Source of the DNA: Octopus bimaculoides
Taxonomy: Eukaryota
Assembly (NCBI RefSeq): GCF_001194135.2
Contig: NC_068991.1
Coordinates: 70,022,391 to 70,055,058, forward strand
Reading direction: 5' to 3'
DNA: 32,668 bases
Both the position numbers and the translations under genes were made by a program. The notes under the pieces are model-generated. The model did no database searches. It was not told the DNA's origin and saw nothing but the letters and a program-made list of their open reading frames with translations. Positions 1 through 11,462 of the stretch are shown here, piece after piece (within the stretch, counting starts at the first letter, position 1; each line of letters begins with the position of its first letter).

Positions 1-63
<63 letters not shown>

Positions 64-240
64 TACATATATGCATATATACATATACACATATACATAT
101 ACACATATACATATGTACATATATACAGATACATATGCATATATATACACACACATACACACATATATATATATATATATGTAATTTATTTTATTTTATT
201 TTATATTGTATATTGTATATTATATTATATATTGTATATT
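1..240. repeat. Compound microsatellite: (AT)n, (GATA)n, degenerate (ATAC/AC)n, then (TTTTA/TATTG)n
   Basis: Directly visible simple repeats. Confidence 0.95.
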
Positions 241-420
241 CCATATTCTATACCCCACATTAGTTCTGCAGGAATATAAATAAAACATAAAAAATAGACA
301 GTGTTGGAACTCTTTTAAGCAAAATAATATATTCCTCTATACACAATCATACAAAAAAACCCACCTTTTTTGTATTTATTTTTACTCGCATATATATATA
401 TATATATATGTATATATGTA

Positions 421-582
421 CGACGGGTTTCTTTCAGTTTCCGTTTACCAAATCCATTCACAAGGCTTTGGTCAGCTCGAGGTCATAGTAGAAGTCACTC
501 TCCCAAGGTGTCACGCAGTTGGACTGATTTCGGAAGCATGTGGTTTCGGAAGCAAACTTCTTACCACACAGCTACTCCTGCG
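421..582 (-). mobile_element. SINE family C, 5' half (tRNA-like head plus CORE-like segment), running into (TA)n
   Basis: Minus strand starts cgcaggagtagctgtgtggtaag (A-box-like), has a degenerate B box, then gtgacaccttgggagagtgacttct, which resembles the CORE/MIR motif tgtgaccttgggcaagtcactt. It ends at cccgtcg, followed by the (TA)n tract at 385-420. Family assignment is from recall. Confidence 0.75.
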
Positions 583-963
583 ATATCATTAACACAATTT
601 CTTGTATCCTTTCGATTATCAACGCACTGCATAGGTCAGCGTTTCTCTGCTTGTTGTAGTTCACCGGGTTTAATCGGTTGTTGTGAGATGCAGAAATAAA
701 GTACTAAGGTTCCGTGAAGTAATTTCAAAATGTTTTTTGAGTAGATACGAATTTGAAAATGCTGCGCTCCGTTGGATAATTCTTATAAATAAAAGGGGTT
801 GTTGGTAAAGAAAAGGTTGGTAACAACTGGTATGTATGGACGGAATCTGAAAAAAAAAATCACTCGTAAAAAATTGAAAAATGAGAAGTTTTTTACAACA
901 AATACAACTGATGAGAAATGCACAATATAAACGTCGAATAATTATGAGGGCAGTCACAAAGTA

Positions 964-1018
964 TATATGTGTGCGTGTGCATGTGTGTATCTGTGTGTGT
1001 GTGTGTGTGTGTGTGTGA
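964..1018. repeat. (TG)n microsatellite
   Basis: Directly visible. Confidence 0.95.
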
Positions 1019-1682
1019 CAATGTGCATTTTAAATTGAACCATTCTGTTCCTTCCGGTTGCTGTCAAGCGATTAGTTTCTCACATAACAAATGTCAGGAA
1101 ATGCACAAACAATCCCCAGTTAATTATTCTAATATAGATAGCTGCCGAACATCGAATGTAAACTAAGAAAAATGATGACAGGTAATATGATAAATTGCAC
1201 TACCGTGACATTTATTTTCATTTTATATTGTTGTTTTGTTTGGCTATTTTCACGTTGTTTTGTTAGTACTATCGGAAAATACAAAACAAAGTCGGGAAAG
1301 GCTTGGTGTGGAAATAAACAATAGACAACGAAAATAATGATAATAGACAAACAACATATTAGAGTTTTATCAACACGAGGTTTCAAAGTGAATGAATAAA
1401 AAATAGATATAAAAAATAGAAATTAAGAAAAAATGTAGAAATGGCAACACAAATAGGAAGAAACGGAACACTGCTGTGCCAATCAGTGGTTCCCAGAATA
1501 TCTTGCAAATTGAGAAAAAATACCTGAAAAATCAGTGGTGTCACTTCTCATATTTGATTGGAACAATGTAATGAAGAAAATATGTCTAAGATATAATAAA
1601 AATAAATGAGAATTCTAATTAATTCCCGTGTTTAGAACATGGTTCTCAACAAACAGACGCCTTTCTGGTTGACAATCCTCGA

Positions 1683-1730
1683 AGTGTGTGCCACTGAGAG
1701 TGTGTGCCACTGAGAGTGTGTGCCACTGAG
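1683..1730. repeat. 16-bp tandem repeat x3 (agtgtgtgccactgag)
   Basis: Three exact copies at 1683, 1699 and 1715. Confidence 0.95.
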
Positions 1731-1960
1731 AGAGAGGTTGTATGCAGTGAAGAAAACTATTGTAAATGGTATTGGAATCTGCTGTAAAATCACACGTCGG
1801 CTTCTCAGAAACCGGACATAATGATATAGCGAATGAACACAAGAACTTAACTCAATGTTTCTTAACCAATCTGCCTTCTTCGATTCAAAAAGAGAAAAAA
1901 ACATTCGCTCCCGTACTAACGGTCAACTTTGCAATGTATCATATATATATATATATATAT

Positions 1961-2150
1961 TCTTTTACTTGTTTTGGTCATTTGATTGCGACCATGCTGG
2001 AGCACTGCCTTTAAGTGTTTTCGTCGAAGAAATCGACCCAAGGGTTTATTCTTTGTAGCCCTAGTACTTATACGAAGTTACGTGGGCATAAATACACCAG
2101 CACACATTGTCAAGCGATGGAAGTGAGACAAACACAGACACATAAATATA
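1961..2150 (-). mobile_element. SINE family C, 3' portion with an internal deletion
   Basis: Matches 14172-14350 (ccatgctggagcac..., aaatcgaccc, ctagtac, agttacg, acaccagca, ttgtcaa) and lacks the tctatcgg..gaaccgct block present there. Confidence 0.8.
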
Positions 2151-2162
2151 TACATATTCTTC

Positions 2163-2567
2163 NNNNNNNNNNNNNNNNNNNNNNNNNNNNNNNNNNNNNN
2201 NNNNNNNNNNNNNNNNNNNNNNNNNNNNNNNNNNNNNNNNNNNNNNNNNNNNNNNNNNNNNNNNNNNNNNNNNNNNNNNNNNNNNNNNNNNNNNNNNNNN
2301 NNNNNNNNNNNNNNNNNNNNNNNNNNNNNNNNNNNNNNNNNNNNNNNNNNNNNNNNNNNNNNNNNNNNNNNNNNNNNNNNNNNNNNNNNNNNNNNNNNNN
2401 NNNNNNNNNNNNNNNNNNNNNNNNNNNNNNNNNNNNNNNNNNNNNNNNNNNNNNNNNNNNNNNNNNNNNNNNNNNNNNNNNNNNNNNNNNNNNNNNNNNN
2501 NNNNNNNNNNNNNNNNNNNNNNNNNNNNNNNNNNNNNNNNNNNNNNNNNNNNNNNNNNNNNNNNNNN
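2163..2567. other. Assembly gap (N)
   Basis: N run. Confidence 1.
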
Positions 2568-2737
2568 ATATATATATATATATATATATAATGTGGTGTT
2601 GCTTCAACAAGTGGAAAAGATAGCAACGATAAACATATATAAAGTACAAATCACAAATTTTGTAAATACAGCTACCCAGGATTTCCTTATCGACATAATA
2701 ATTTATTTTCAGTTTATATACGAGAGATTGTCTCCCT

Positions 2738-2842
2738 AATCAGCTCGCAGCGCCACTGACCGATTTCTGTGACTGAAGAGGGGATAACCACTCCGAAACG
2801 TTTACAACTCTCAATCTGGATAGGTGGCGCTGCGAGCTGATT
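2738..2842 (+). ncRNA. Hairpin element: perfect 19-bp inverted repeat enclosing a minimal type-I hammerhead-like motif
   Basis: aatcagctcgcagcgccac (2738-2756) and gtggcgctgcgagctgatt (2824-2842) are exact reverse complements. Inside are CTGAAGA (2773-2779), stem II GGGG/CTCC, GAAA (2795-2798) and palindromic ACGT (2798-2801). Activity is untested. Confidence 0.55.
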
Positions 2843-3864
2843 TGGGTGTTTATGTACATAAGACTTAAAAAGTAACATTTATGTATGTATGTATATGTGT
2901 ATATGTGTTTGTGTTTATATGTATGCGTGTATGTGTGTATTTGTGTGTGTATATGTGTATATAGAATGGAAGGATTTGATGGGGGCACGTGTATTGTAAA
3001 TGTGAGTGTATATTTTAGTGTAAGGTATACTTTTTGCATATATTTCTTACCCGTGTAAAAGTATTTATGAATGAATGCTTGAGTTTGCTTAAACATTTTC
3101 GTCGCCAGTATACAACTTCAGCTTCGCTCAGAATATGTCTACATGTAATATTGCAAAAGAATCGCTGTATTTATCGACAGTAAAACACATCTTTCAGACC
3201 ATTTTTTCCGTATCTTTAGTTAATTAAATAATACCAACGCGATATTATTTATCTGCCGAACAGTAAAAATTGTACGCGAGAAATATGAAGCCATATTATT
3301 ATGAGGATACAATTGAGCAGACGGTCTAAACCGTGGTTTGTGGATGATATTAAAAATACGGTAACTAGACAAATAAATTCCTAAGGAAACTAATATATTT
3401 TGTCCAAATCTTCTCCTCACTTACCAGTAAATACTTGTAAATATTGCAACAACATCTGAGTTCAATCAAGATAATAATATGTTTGGGTCTCCTATAGCTT
3501 CTGCTGCTGCTGTTGTTGTTCTTATTGGCACTGCTGTTCTTCTTTTCTTTGGGTTTGAGTAGAATACAGAATAACTACAATGACACATACTTCACGTATT
3601 CTGTGGCCATCTTTTCCTAATTACAAAAAGTACACAAATATAAAAGATAAGAAAAAATAAGCTAAATAATACAGAGTAAATCAAATAAATAAATAAATGA
3701 ATAAGTACTTTCTTGCGGACTATTTGTCTATATAATAATGGTCCCTTATTCATAGTCACATATGGAATGATTTTTCAAGTTTTGTAAAGCCAAATAGTTT
3801 TTTGATAGAAAGAAATACACATACAAAGTAAAGACAAATACGTAAATATAAGCACCAGCACATA

Positions 3865-3865
<1 letters not shown>

Positions 3866-3907
<42 letters not shown>
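3866..3907. repeat. (CA)n microsatellite
   Basis: Directly visible. Confidence 0.95.
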
Positions 3908-3911
<4 letters not shown>

Positions 3912-4721
3912 ACACGCTCACAATAGGAAATTAATTATGCATAGACATTTTTTCTCATAGTTTAGATTATATCATAGACTAATGGGAGAAAGACTTCATA
4001 GTGAAGATAATTTACTTTCAAATACCTTCTTTATCTAAGAGCTCGAAAAGAGAAAACTACAGAAGCATTAGATTCTTTCAAAAAATGTTGGTATGTGCCT
4101 ATGTTCTTCTGCCATGTTTATTTGTGTAGACAGCAAAAATAAAAACGTCAGTGATGCTAGGAATATTTGAAAACGATTTATAGATACTTTTAGGAGATAT
4201 ATCTTTAGTTTTGCAAACACCTACAGGGAACATACTCATGCACAGCTTTGAAATGCAGGCTCACGCCTCAAGCACTCACACATACATACACATGCGCGCA
4301 CACGCACGCACACGCACACGCAATCACACGCGCACACACAATCACACACAATCACACTCACACACACATACATGCACAGAAATATGAATATGATAATGGA
4401 ATGATTGTATTTGATTTGTTAATTTTGAATATTTTGCATAAGTTTGAGTTTTCCCCTTAGAATCGCATTCACACACACACACCCCTTTGTTTCGTTCCAT
4501 TCTTCTTTTCTCTTCTGATGATACGGTCGAAGAAATAGCATCATATATGTTTTCCTCCAACGGACAGCAAACGTCACAAAAAATTGCTCACTGTTTTTTT
4601 TGGGGGGGGGGGGCGTTGAGATAACAAGAGGTGCTCCATGTTATTCTGAAAAGATGTTCTGTCTTGGACAGTCTTTGCGAACAAACGTTTGATGACACAG
4701 GAGAGATAAGATTCTATTCTA

Positions 4722-4883
4722 TTCTAGACCCAAGGCCTGAAATTTGGGGGGAGTGGGCCAGTCGATTATATCGACCCCAGTGCACAACTAGTACTTAATT
4801 TATCGACCCCGAAAGGATGAAAAGCAAAGTCGATCTCGGCGGAATTTGAACTCAGAACGTAACGGCAGACGAAATATCGCTAA
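4722..4883 (-). mobile_element. SINE family B, 5'-truncated copy with (TAGAA)n-like tail
   Basis: Reverse complement matches 24149-24362 (gttctgagttcaaattcc..., tttcatcctttcggggtcgat, aagtac, ggggtcgat). Confidence 0.9.
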
Positions 4884-5110
4884 ATTTAGTTTCTTAATAC
4901 GAGAAAGAATTTTTTTTTTATTACAGAAAGTTTACGTATTTAGTTTATCACCAACAATCAAAACGTTTTACATTTATTTATTCATTTCGTAGCCAAAATA
5001 ATTCAGCGAAATAATTTGTCGGGAGGGGGTACATGTAAACGAATTTATTCAGTTGAAGTTCATTTTTATTTTTTTACTTGGCATGTCGATTGGAATGTCT
5101 AACGTGACAC

Positions 5111-5288
5111 NNNNNNNNNNNNNNNNNNNNNNNNNNNNNNNNNNNNNNNNNNNNNNNNNNNNNNNNNNNNNNNNNNNNNNNNNNNNNNNNNNNNNNNNNN
5201 NNNNNNNNNNNNNNNNNNNNNNNNNNNNNNNNNNNNNNNNNNNNNNNNNNNNNNNNNNNNNNNNNNNNNNNNNNNNNNNNNNNNNNNN
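5111..5288. other. Assembly gap (N)
   Basis: N run. Confidence 1.
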
Positions 5289-5589
5289 ATATATATATAT
5301 ATACATACATATATATACAAGGGAGAATTCACAAAAAAAAAACAAAAGACGAAGACAGGTGGTGTAGACAACAAACAGATGTATCAGTTTAACGCTCGGG
5401 AAGGAAAAAAGTCTTTAATACTTGACAAGTTAACAAATTTATCGATTTTGGAGAAAGGTGGCAGGTTTGAACTCAGCACGTGAAGACTGGTTACAAGAAG
5501 CCATAACCTACTTTACCGTTCTACTGATCTGTTAAATCATTCATGTGTTTTAGTTACACATAAAAAGTAAAAGCATTTCTAATAATTTG

Positions 5590-5745
5590 CTCCACGTCAC
5601 AATTTCGAAGAGAGGGTAAGGCAGGATAAACTGACCCAAGTACATTTTTTATCGAAATAGAAACAGCAAAATTCACTTAGGTCTGTTCGAACTCAGAGCT
5701 AAAGAATCGTTACTAAATACCGCTTTAGCAATTCTGCCAAACTAC
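5590..5745 (-). mobile_element. Degenerate SINE family B remnant
   Basis: Patchy similarity to family B (ttatcga, gaactcaga, aaataccgct, attctgcca). Confidence 0.5.
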
Positions 5746-5776
5746 TACTGTTTTATTAACTATAATATTGATTTCT

Positions 5777-6163
5777 GTGGAGGCGCAATGGCCCAGTGGT
5801 TAGGGCAGCGGACTCACGGTCATAGGATCGCGATTTCGATTCCCAGACCGGGCGTTGTGAGTGTTTATTGAGCGAAAACACCTAAAAGCTCCACGAGGCT
5901 CCTGCAGGGGATGGTGGCGAATCCTGCTGTACTCTTTCACCACAACTTTCTCTCACTCTTACTTCCTGTTTCTGTTGTGCCTGTAATTCAAAGGGTCAGC
6001 CTTGTCATACTGTGTCACGCTGAATCTCTCCGAGAACTACGTTAAGGGTACATCTGTCTGTGGAGTGCTCAGCCACTTGCACGTTAATTTCACGAGCAGG
6101 CTGTTCCCTTGATCGGATCAACTGGAAGCCTCGACGTCGTAAGCGACGGAGTGCCAACACATA
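5777..6163 (+). mobile_element. SINE family A, full-length (387 bp), tRNA-derived, with 13-bp target-site duplication
   Basis: A box tggcccagtgg and B-box-like tttcgattccc. Exact flanking repeat aatattgatttct at 5764-5776 and 6164-6176. Homologous copies at 10927 and 12944. Confidence 0.92.
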
Positions 6164-7697
6164 AATATTGATTTCTAATATAGAAAGAAGGCCCCATATT
6201 TTGAGATTTGATATACAGAAATTTTATCGACTGTGGTACTTCGCTAATACTTTATTTCACCGCCCTCGGTTGTATGAATCTCAAACACATGAGTAGAACA
6301 TAAGAGAGCCGTACCTAAACCCTGCATTGCCTGATGCTTTAACAATTCTTCAAATCCAAGGGCCTATTTCATGTTTCGGTACGGTAACAATGGTACGTCA
6401 ACTATGATTTTATTTCTAAATAATTTGAGCAGCCATACTATATGTGTTGATAGTTGCTCTTGTTGTTGCTGTTGAACTCCGTTCCAACTTATGGTCGACT
6501 ACATTTCCTTCCACACCATCCGAATGGTTTTTGTTTTCGTTTTATGAAGGTTTACGTTCTTCTTATGTATGCCTTTTATTTAAAATAGTAACATGTAATT
6601 TTAGTGTGATTTCATTGCTATTTCTAGAAGGCAGACGGCTGCTTAGACTACGCGTCTTCTCCAATATTTCACCAATTTAGGAAAGTCATATCATATATCG
6701 AGTAAATAAATATTTAAAATGTTAGCGTGTATATACAGTTGTTGTTTTTTTAATTTTGTTATTTTATTTTTTTTATTTTGTGAAAAAATGCTGAAATTTA
6801 ATTGCATCAGTCCGCTGAACGTCTAATTTTACGCCAGAAGTAAAATATAGATTTGATTCTTTAATTGGGAGATATATCGTTATCATCTGATAATTCTGTA
6901 ACCCCAGTTAGCATAACCTAACAGAGCCTAAGACCCATGATTTCCGATCTGTATTCCGAGCAGATGCGTGTGTATTCGAGTCTCCTGTATTCTGTAAACT
7001 ATAGCTGCAAATAGAGTTTTAACTTTTTAAAGGACTGCATCGTAATTATCTCCATAACACTCACTCCATTGCTTGTTAAATCAGAAATTGCATACTGCTG
7101 TCCACTTAATTTATAACACAAGATGCGATGTGATAGACAAGAACATTCCAAGAAAAAATCCACATTTGGTGTTCTTCTTAACTTCAATGTCTTCTCTTTT
7201 TTTCCAGAACTATACAGATGTTGTACTAATTTCTTTTTTTTTTCCGGATTAAAATTTCGGAATTTATTTTTTATTTTTTTTTAATCTCCTCGTCTTAGAA
7301 TATCTGCAAGTGACGTAGCCTGCCTATCGAAAAGCATGTATACATGCAGGCTGCATGATATGGAAGATTTGCTGTATAAATTGATTATGAGTGATGTCTA
7401 AATGAGATATGTGTTTCACAAACCATACTCGACCGTTTGTGCTTTATATTTATGTTTTATCAGTTGTGAAGATCAATTAAGACGGAACAGTGACATACTC
7501 TGCAAGAAAGCACTTTACAGAAAGCTATTCACTATCATATTTCTGCTTTCTTGTTTATTTTGGAATGTTTTTTTTGTGGGTATTTTTTTTTATTATTGTC
7601 TTCTATCTATGTATATAAGATGTTCTCCAACAAGGAAATCTTGCAGAATTCGTATTAAAAAATATAGGGAGAAATAAATAAGAGATTTTAAATATAT

Positions 7698-7798
7698 NNN
7701 NNNNNNNNNNNNNNNNNNNNNNNNNNNNNNNNNNNNNNNNNNNNNNNNNNNNNNNNNNNNNNNNNNNNNNNNNNNNNNNNNNNNNNNNNNNNNNNNNN
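7698..7798. other. Assembly gap (N)
   Basis: N run. Confidence 1.
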
Positions 7799-8961
7799 TA
7801 TATATATATATATATATATATATATGCGTATTACTGTTAGTGAAAGGAATGATCTAAAAAATAATAAAACGCCACAAAAATACAAGAGGAAAGCTGGAGT
7901 AGAAAACAAATATAAAATATAAGACACCATAACAGGAATGAGATATTTCTTGGCTTCATGACTGCAAAATAATGATCTTTATAGAAGCGCAGTCGGAGGA
8001 GAGACGCGGTTTTAATAGCCATGACACATTGGCCAGCTAAGATTTCTAATCTGATTTGCAACCAACTGGTTATCACTAGCTCTCATGGGAAGTGCAACTT
8101 CCGTATCTGTTTGGTGTTTGGACAATAGCTACGAATACAATGTCCTTTCCTCATTACAGACTTCACTGCCTGCTTACACAATTTCTTTTTACTTTCTATC
8201 TGATCCGGAATCCGTCATAATTAATTGCTATCCGTTCCCTGCTTAAAGGGATTATCTCGACCAGATTTGTTTACTTATTTTTATGCGTGTTGTTTTTCTA
8301 TTTCATTCTATTTTTCATTTAATTAGTTTGATTAATAGTTCTGACATCTGAATATTTTTGGGCGAGAAATTCCCTGCAGACTTAATTCAGATTAAACAGA
8401 TATATACTGATTAAAGTCAAACACTTCAATAGATTCCAGCCGCGAGAAAATGAATGAATATGTAAGCACATCTCTATAGATATATCTACATAGCTTATTA
8501 AGTATGATAATTAAAAAACGAGAAAGGGAGTTATTATATACTGTAAATATATAAGGCTTTATTAAAAATCTAAGGGGGTTCTTTATTTGTATTGTGTTTC
8601 TTCTATACCCATTTGTCACAACTGATTTTTCTATTCACTTCTCAAATCTTATTTGTCGATGCAGCAAATAAGCACAACTCCTTGCTCAATTTCAAATGTG
8701 ATCAAAGAAAAATGGAATCTGCAAGAATACAATGATTTGGGTGGGGGTACTTTTCTAACACTCTTTGTATCATGCTCGCCATCTTTGTCCCCTATTGAAC
8801 CTCATTCCACCTCTAACATTGTCCTACCTTGTGAATTGTTTTCGTAATTATACCTTACACATAAACACTCACACACAGTCACACACGCACTGTTACACAC
8901 ACATACAGAGAGAGAGTTACACATATATTCATATTTGTATACATTATATACACACATATGC

Positions 8962-8968
8962 ACAAATA

Positions 8969-9009
<41 letters not shown>
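8962..9009. repeat. (AT)n microsatellite
   Basis: Directly visible. Confidence 0.95.
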
Positions 9010-9011
<2 letters not shown>

Positions 9012-9521
9012 GTTAATGTATTTACAACCTATCACTACATACATACACACTCTTACACAATCGAATACATATGGGAGCGAAAATGGCGAGAGAGTGAAAT
9101 GTAGAGATATACTTCAATGCGCATGTTCTATGCGTGTGCGTTTATAGCACTTTCATGTCCACTCGCGCTTTCAACTCCATTATTGAGTAATAATATTATA
9201 GTGAAGGAACAGGAACAAAAGATATAGTGAAAGCGATTATTAAGTGGGAATGTCTATAGACATCTCATACTTCCATTTCGTTCAATTCTATAGAATCTCA
9301 CTCGGGTTCTTCAAATTTACCAAAGTTTCAAGACATCATAATTTATCTAGCAATGGTATACGCATACAAAGCAAATATGGGAAAATAAGCTGCTCAACAC
9401 GTCTTCCGTTCATTCTCCACCTTTCTATCATTCTTGCAGCCTCAACATCTCTCTTTTTGTTCCTCTCCAACAAATCTGTATCCTAATACCTCTCTCGTTC
9501 TGTCTCTTTCTTCCTTATATT

Positions 9522-9599
9522 TCTCTCTCTCTCTCTCTCTTTCTTTCTTTCGCTTTCCTTGACTCTCTCTCTCTCTCTCTTTCTTTCTTTCGCTTTCCT

Positions 9600-9632
<33 letters not shown>
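9522..9632. repeat. (CT)n tract containing an exact 40-bp tandem duplication
   Basis: 9541-9580 is identical to 9581-9620 (ttctttctttcgctttccttgac followed by CT repeats). Confidence 0.9.
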
Positions 9633-9637
<5 letters not shown>

Positions 9638-9761
9638 GCATTCTGCTATTTGTTCTACCCTCTCTATATTCGAGATATATTTAAATTTGATTGAAAGTTA
9701 AGAGGATTAAATTATTTATTGTTGAATCCTTACATGAAAATTGTATTAGTTGAGGCTAATT

Positions 9762-10564
9762 NNNNNNNNNNNNNNNNNNNNNNNNNNNNNNNNNNNNNNN
9801 NNNNNNNNNNNNNNNNNNNNNNNNNNNNNNNNNNNNNNNNNNNNNNNNNNNNNNNNNNNNNNNNNNNNNNNNNNNNNNNNNNNNNNNNNNNNNNNNNNNN
9901 NNNNNNNNNNNNNNNNNNNNNNNNNNNNNNNNNNNNNNNNNNNNNNNNNNNNNNNNNNNNNNNNNNNNNNNNNNNNNNNNNNNNNNNNNNNNNNNNNNNN
10001 NNNNNNNNNNNNNNNNNNNNNNNNNNNNNNNNNNNNNNNNNNNNNNNNNNNNNNNNNNNNNNNNNNNNNNNNNNNNNNNNNNNNNNNNNNNNNNNNNNNN
10101 NNNNNNNNNNNNNNNNNNNNNNNNNNNNNNNNNNNNNNNNNNNNNNNNNNNNNNNNNNNNNNNNNNNNNNNNNNNNNNNNNNNNNNNNNNNNNNNNNNNN
10201 NNNNNNNNNNNNNNNNNNNNNNNNNNNNNNNNNNNNNNNNNNNNNNNNNNNNNNNNNNNNNNNNNNNNNNNNNNNNNNNNNNNNNNNNNNNNNNNNNNNN
10301 NNNNNNNNNNNNNNNNNNNNNNNNNNNNNNNNNNNNNNNNNNNNNNNNNNNNNNNNNNNNNNNNNNNNNNNNNNNNNNNNNNNNNNNNNNNNNNNNNNNN
10401 NNNNNNNNNNNNNNNNNNNNNNNNNNNNNNNNNNNNNNNNNNNNNNNNNNNNNNNNNNNNNNNNNNNNNNNNNNNNNNNNNNNNNNNNNNNNNNNNNNNN
10501 NNNNNNNNNNNNNNNNNNNNNNNNNNNNNNNNNNNNNNNNNNNNNNNNNNNNNNNNNNNNNNNN
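9762..10564. other. Assembly gap (N)
   Basis: N run. Confidence 1.

Positions 10565-10622
<58 letters not shown>
10565..10622. repeat. (CT)n microsatellite
   Basis: Directly visible. Confidence 0.95.
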
Positions 10623-10626
<4 letters not shown>

Positions 10627-10926
10627 TTTCTCTGCCTCTATATATTTCCCTTACGGTCTCTTTCACTCTCTATAGCTCTATCGCTATCAGAATCGGTCGC
10701 ACTATAAGAAAGATATCGAGAGGCAATCTATGGTATTCCTGTATTCTTGTCCTCCGTTCCAAGCTCTATCCCAGCGGAAGCATATAATTGCCTTGGATTA
10801 GGCAACTTAAATTCCGTCATGACTAGAGCCAATTAAACTGCCCATAATTATCCACTCTATTATATTAACTCACAGAAGAAGAATACAAAATTGAAATTAC
10901 TGTAAGTATATAGTATAAACATTACC

Positions 10927-11120
10927 GTGGAGGCGCAATGGCCCAGTGGTTAGGGCAGCGGACTCGCAGTCGTAGTATTGTGGTTGAATCTCCCTGAGAT
11001 CTACATTAAGTGTACAAGCCCATGTGGAGTGCTCAGCCACTTGCACTTTAATTTCACGAGCAAGCTGTTTCGTTGATCGGATCAACTGGAACCCTCGTCG
11101 TTGCAACCGACGGAGTGCCA
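10927..11120 (+). mobile_element. SINE family A copy with about 190-bp internal deletion
   Basis: Same 5' end (gtggaggcgcaatggcccagtggttagggcagcggactc) and 3' end (gtggagtgctcagccacttgcac...cggagtgcca) as 5777-6163, with the middle missing. Confidence 0.9.
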
Positions 11121-11131
11121 CGCATATATAT

Positions 11132-11462
11132 NNNNNNNNNNNNNNNNNNNNNNNNNNNNNNNNNNNNNNNNNNNNNNNNNNNNNNNNNNNNNNNNNNNNN
11201 NNNNNNNNNNNNNNNNNNNNNNNNNNNNNNNNNNNNNNNNNNNNNNNNNNNNNNNNNNNNNNNNNNNNNNNNNNNNNNNNNNNNNNNNNNNNNNNNNNNN
11301 NNNNNNNNNNNNNNNNNNNNNNNNNNNNNNNNNNNNNNNNNNNNNNNNNNNNNNNNNNNNNNNNNNNNNNNNNNNNNNNNNNNNNNNNNNNNNNNNNNNN
11401 NNNNNNNNNNNNNNNNNNNNNNNNNNNNNNNNNNNNNNNNNNNNNNNNNNNNNNNNNNNNNN
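11132..11462. other. Assembly gap (N)
   Basis: N run. Confidence 1.

Noticed and set aside
5777-5855. tRNA gene (also the heads at 10927, 19332 and 24149)
   Set aside because: A and B boxes are present but there is no complete cloverleaf, and each continues into a shared SINE body.
7337-7350. 14-bp perfect palindrome gcatgtatacatgc
   Set aside because: Built from the ATAC/GTAT-rich background; not distinctive enough.
9080-9125. YY1 (aaaatggcg) and NRF1-like (tgcgcatg) motifs as a promoter; likewise the RFX and Sox motifs at 21372-21402
   Set aside because: Short motifs are expected by chance in 33 kb, with no CpG island or transcript evidence.
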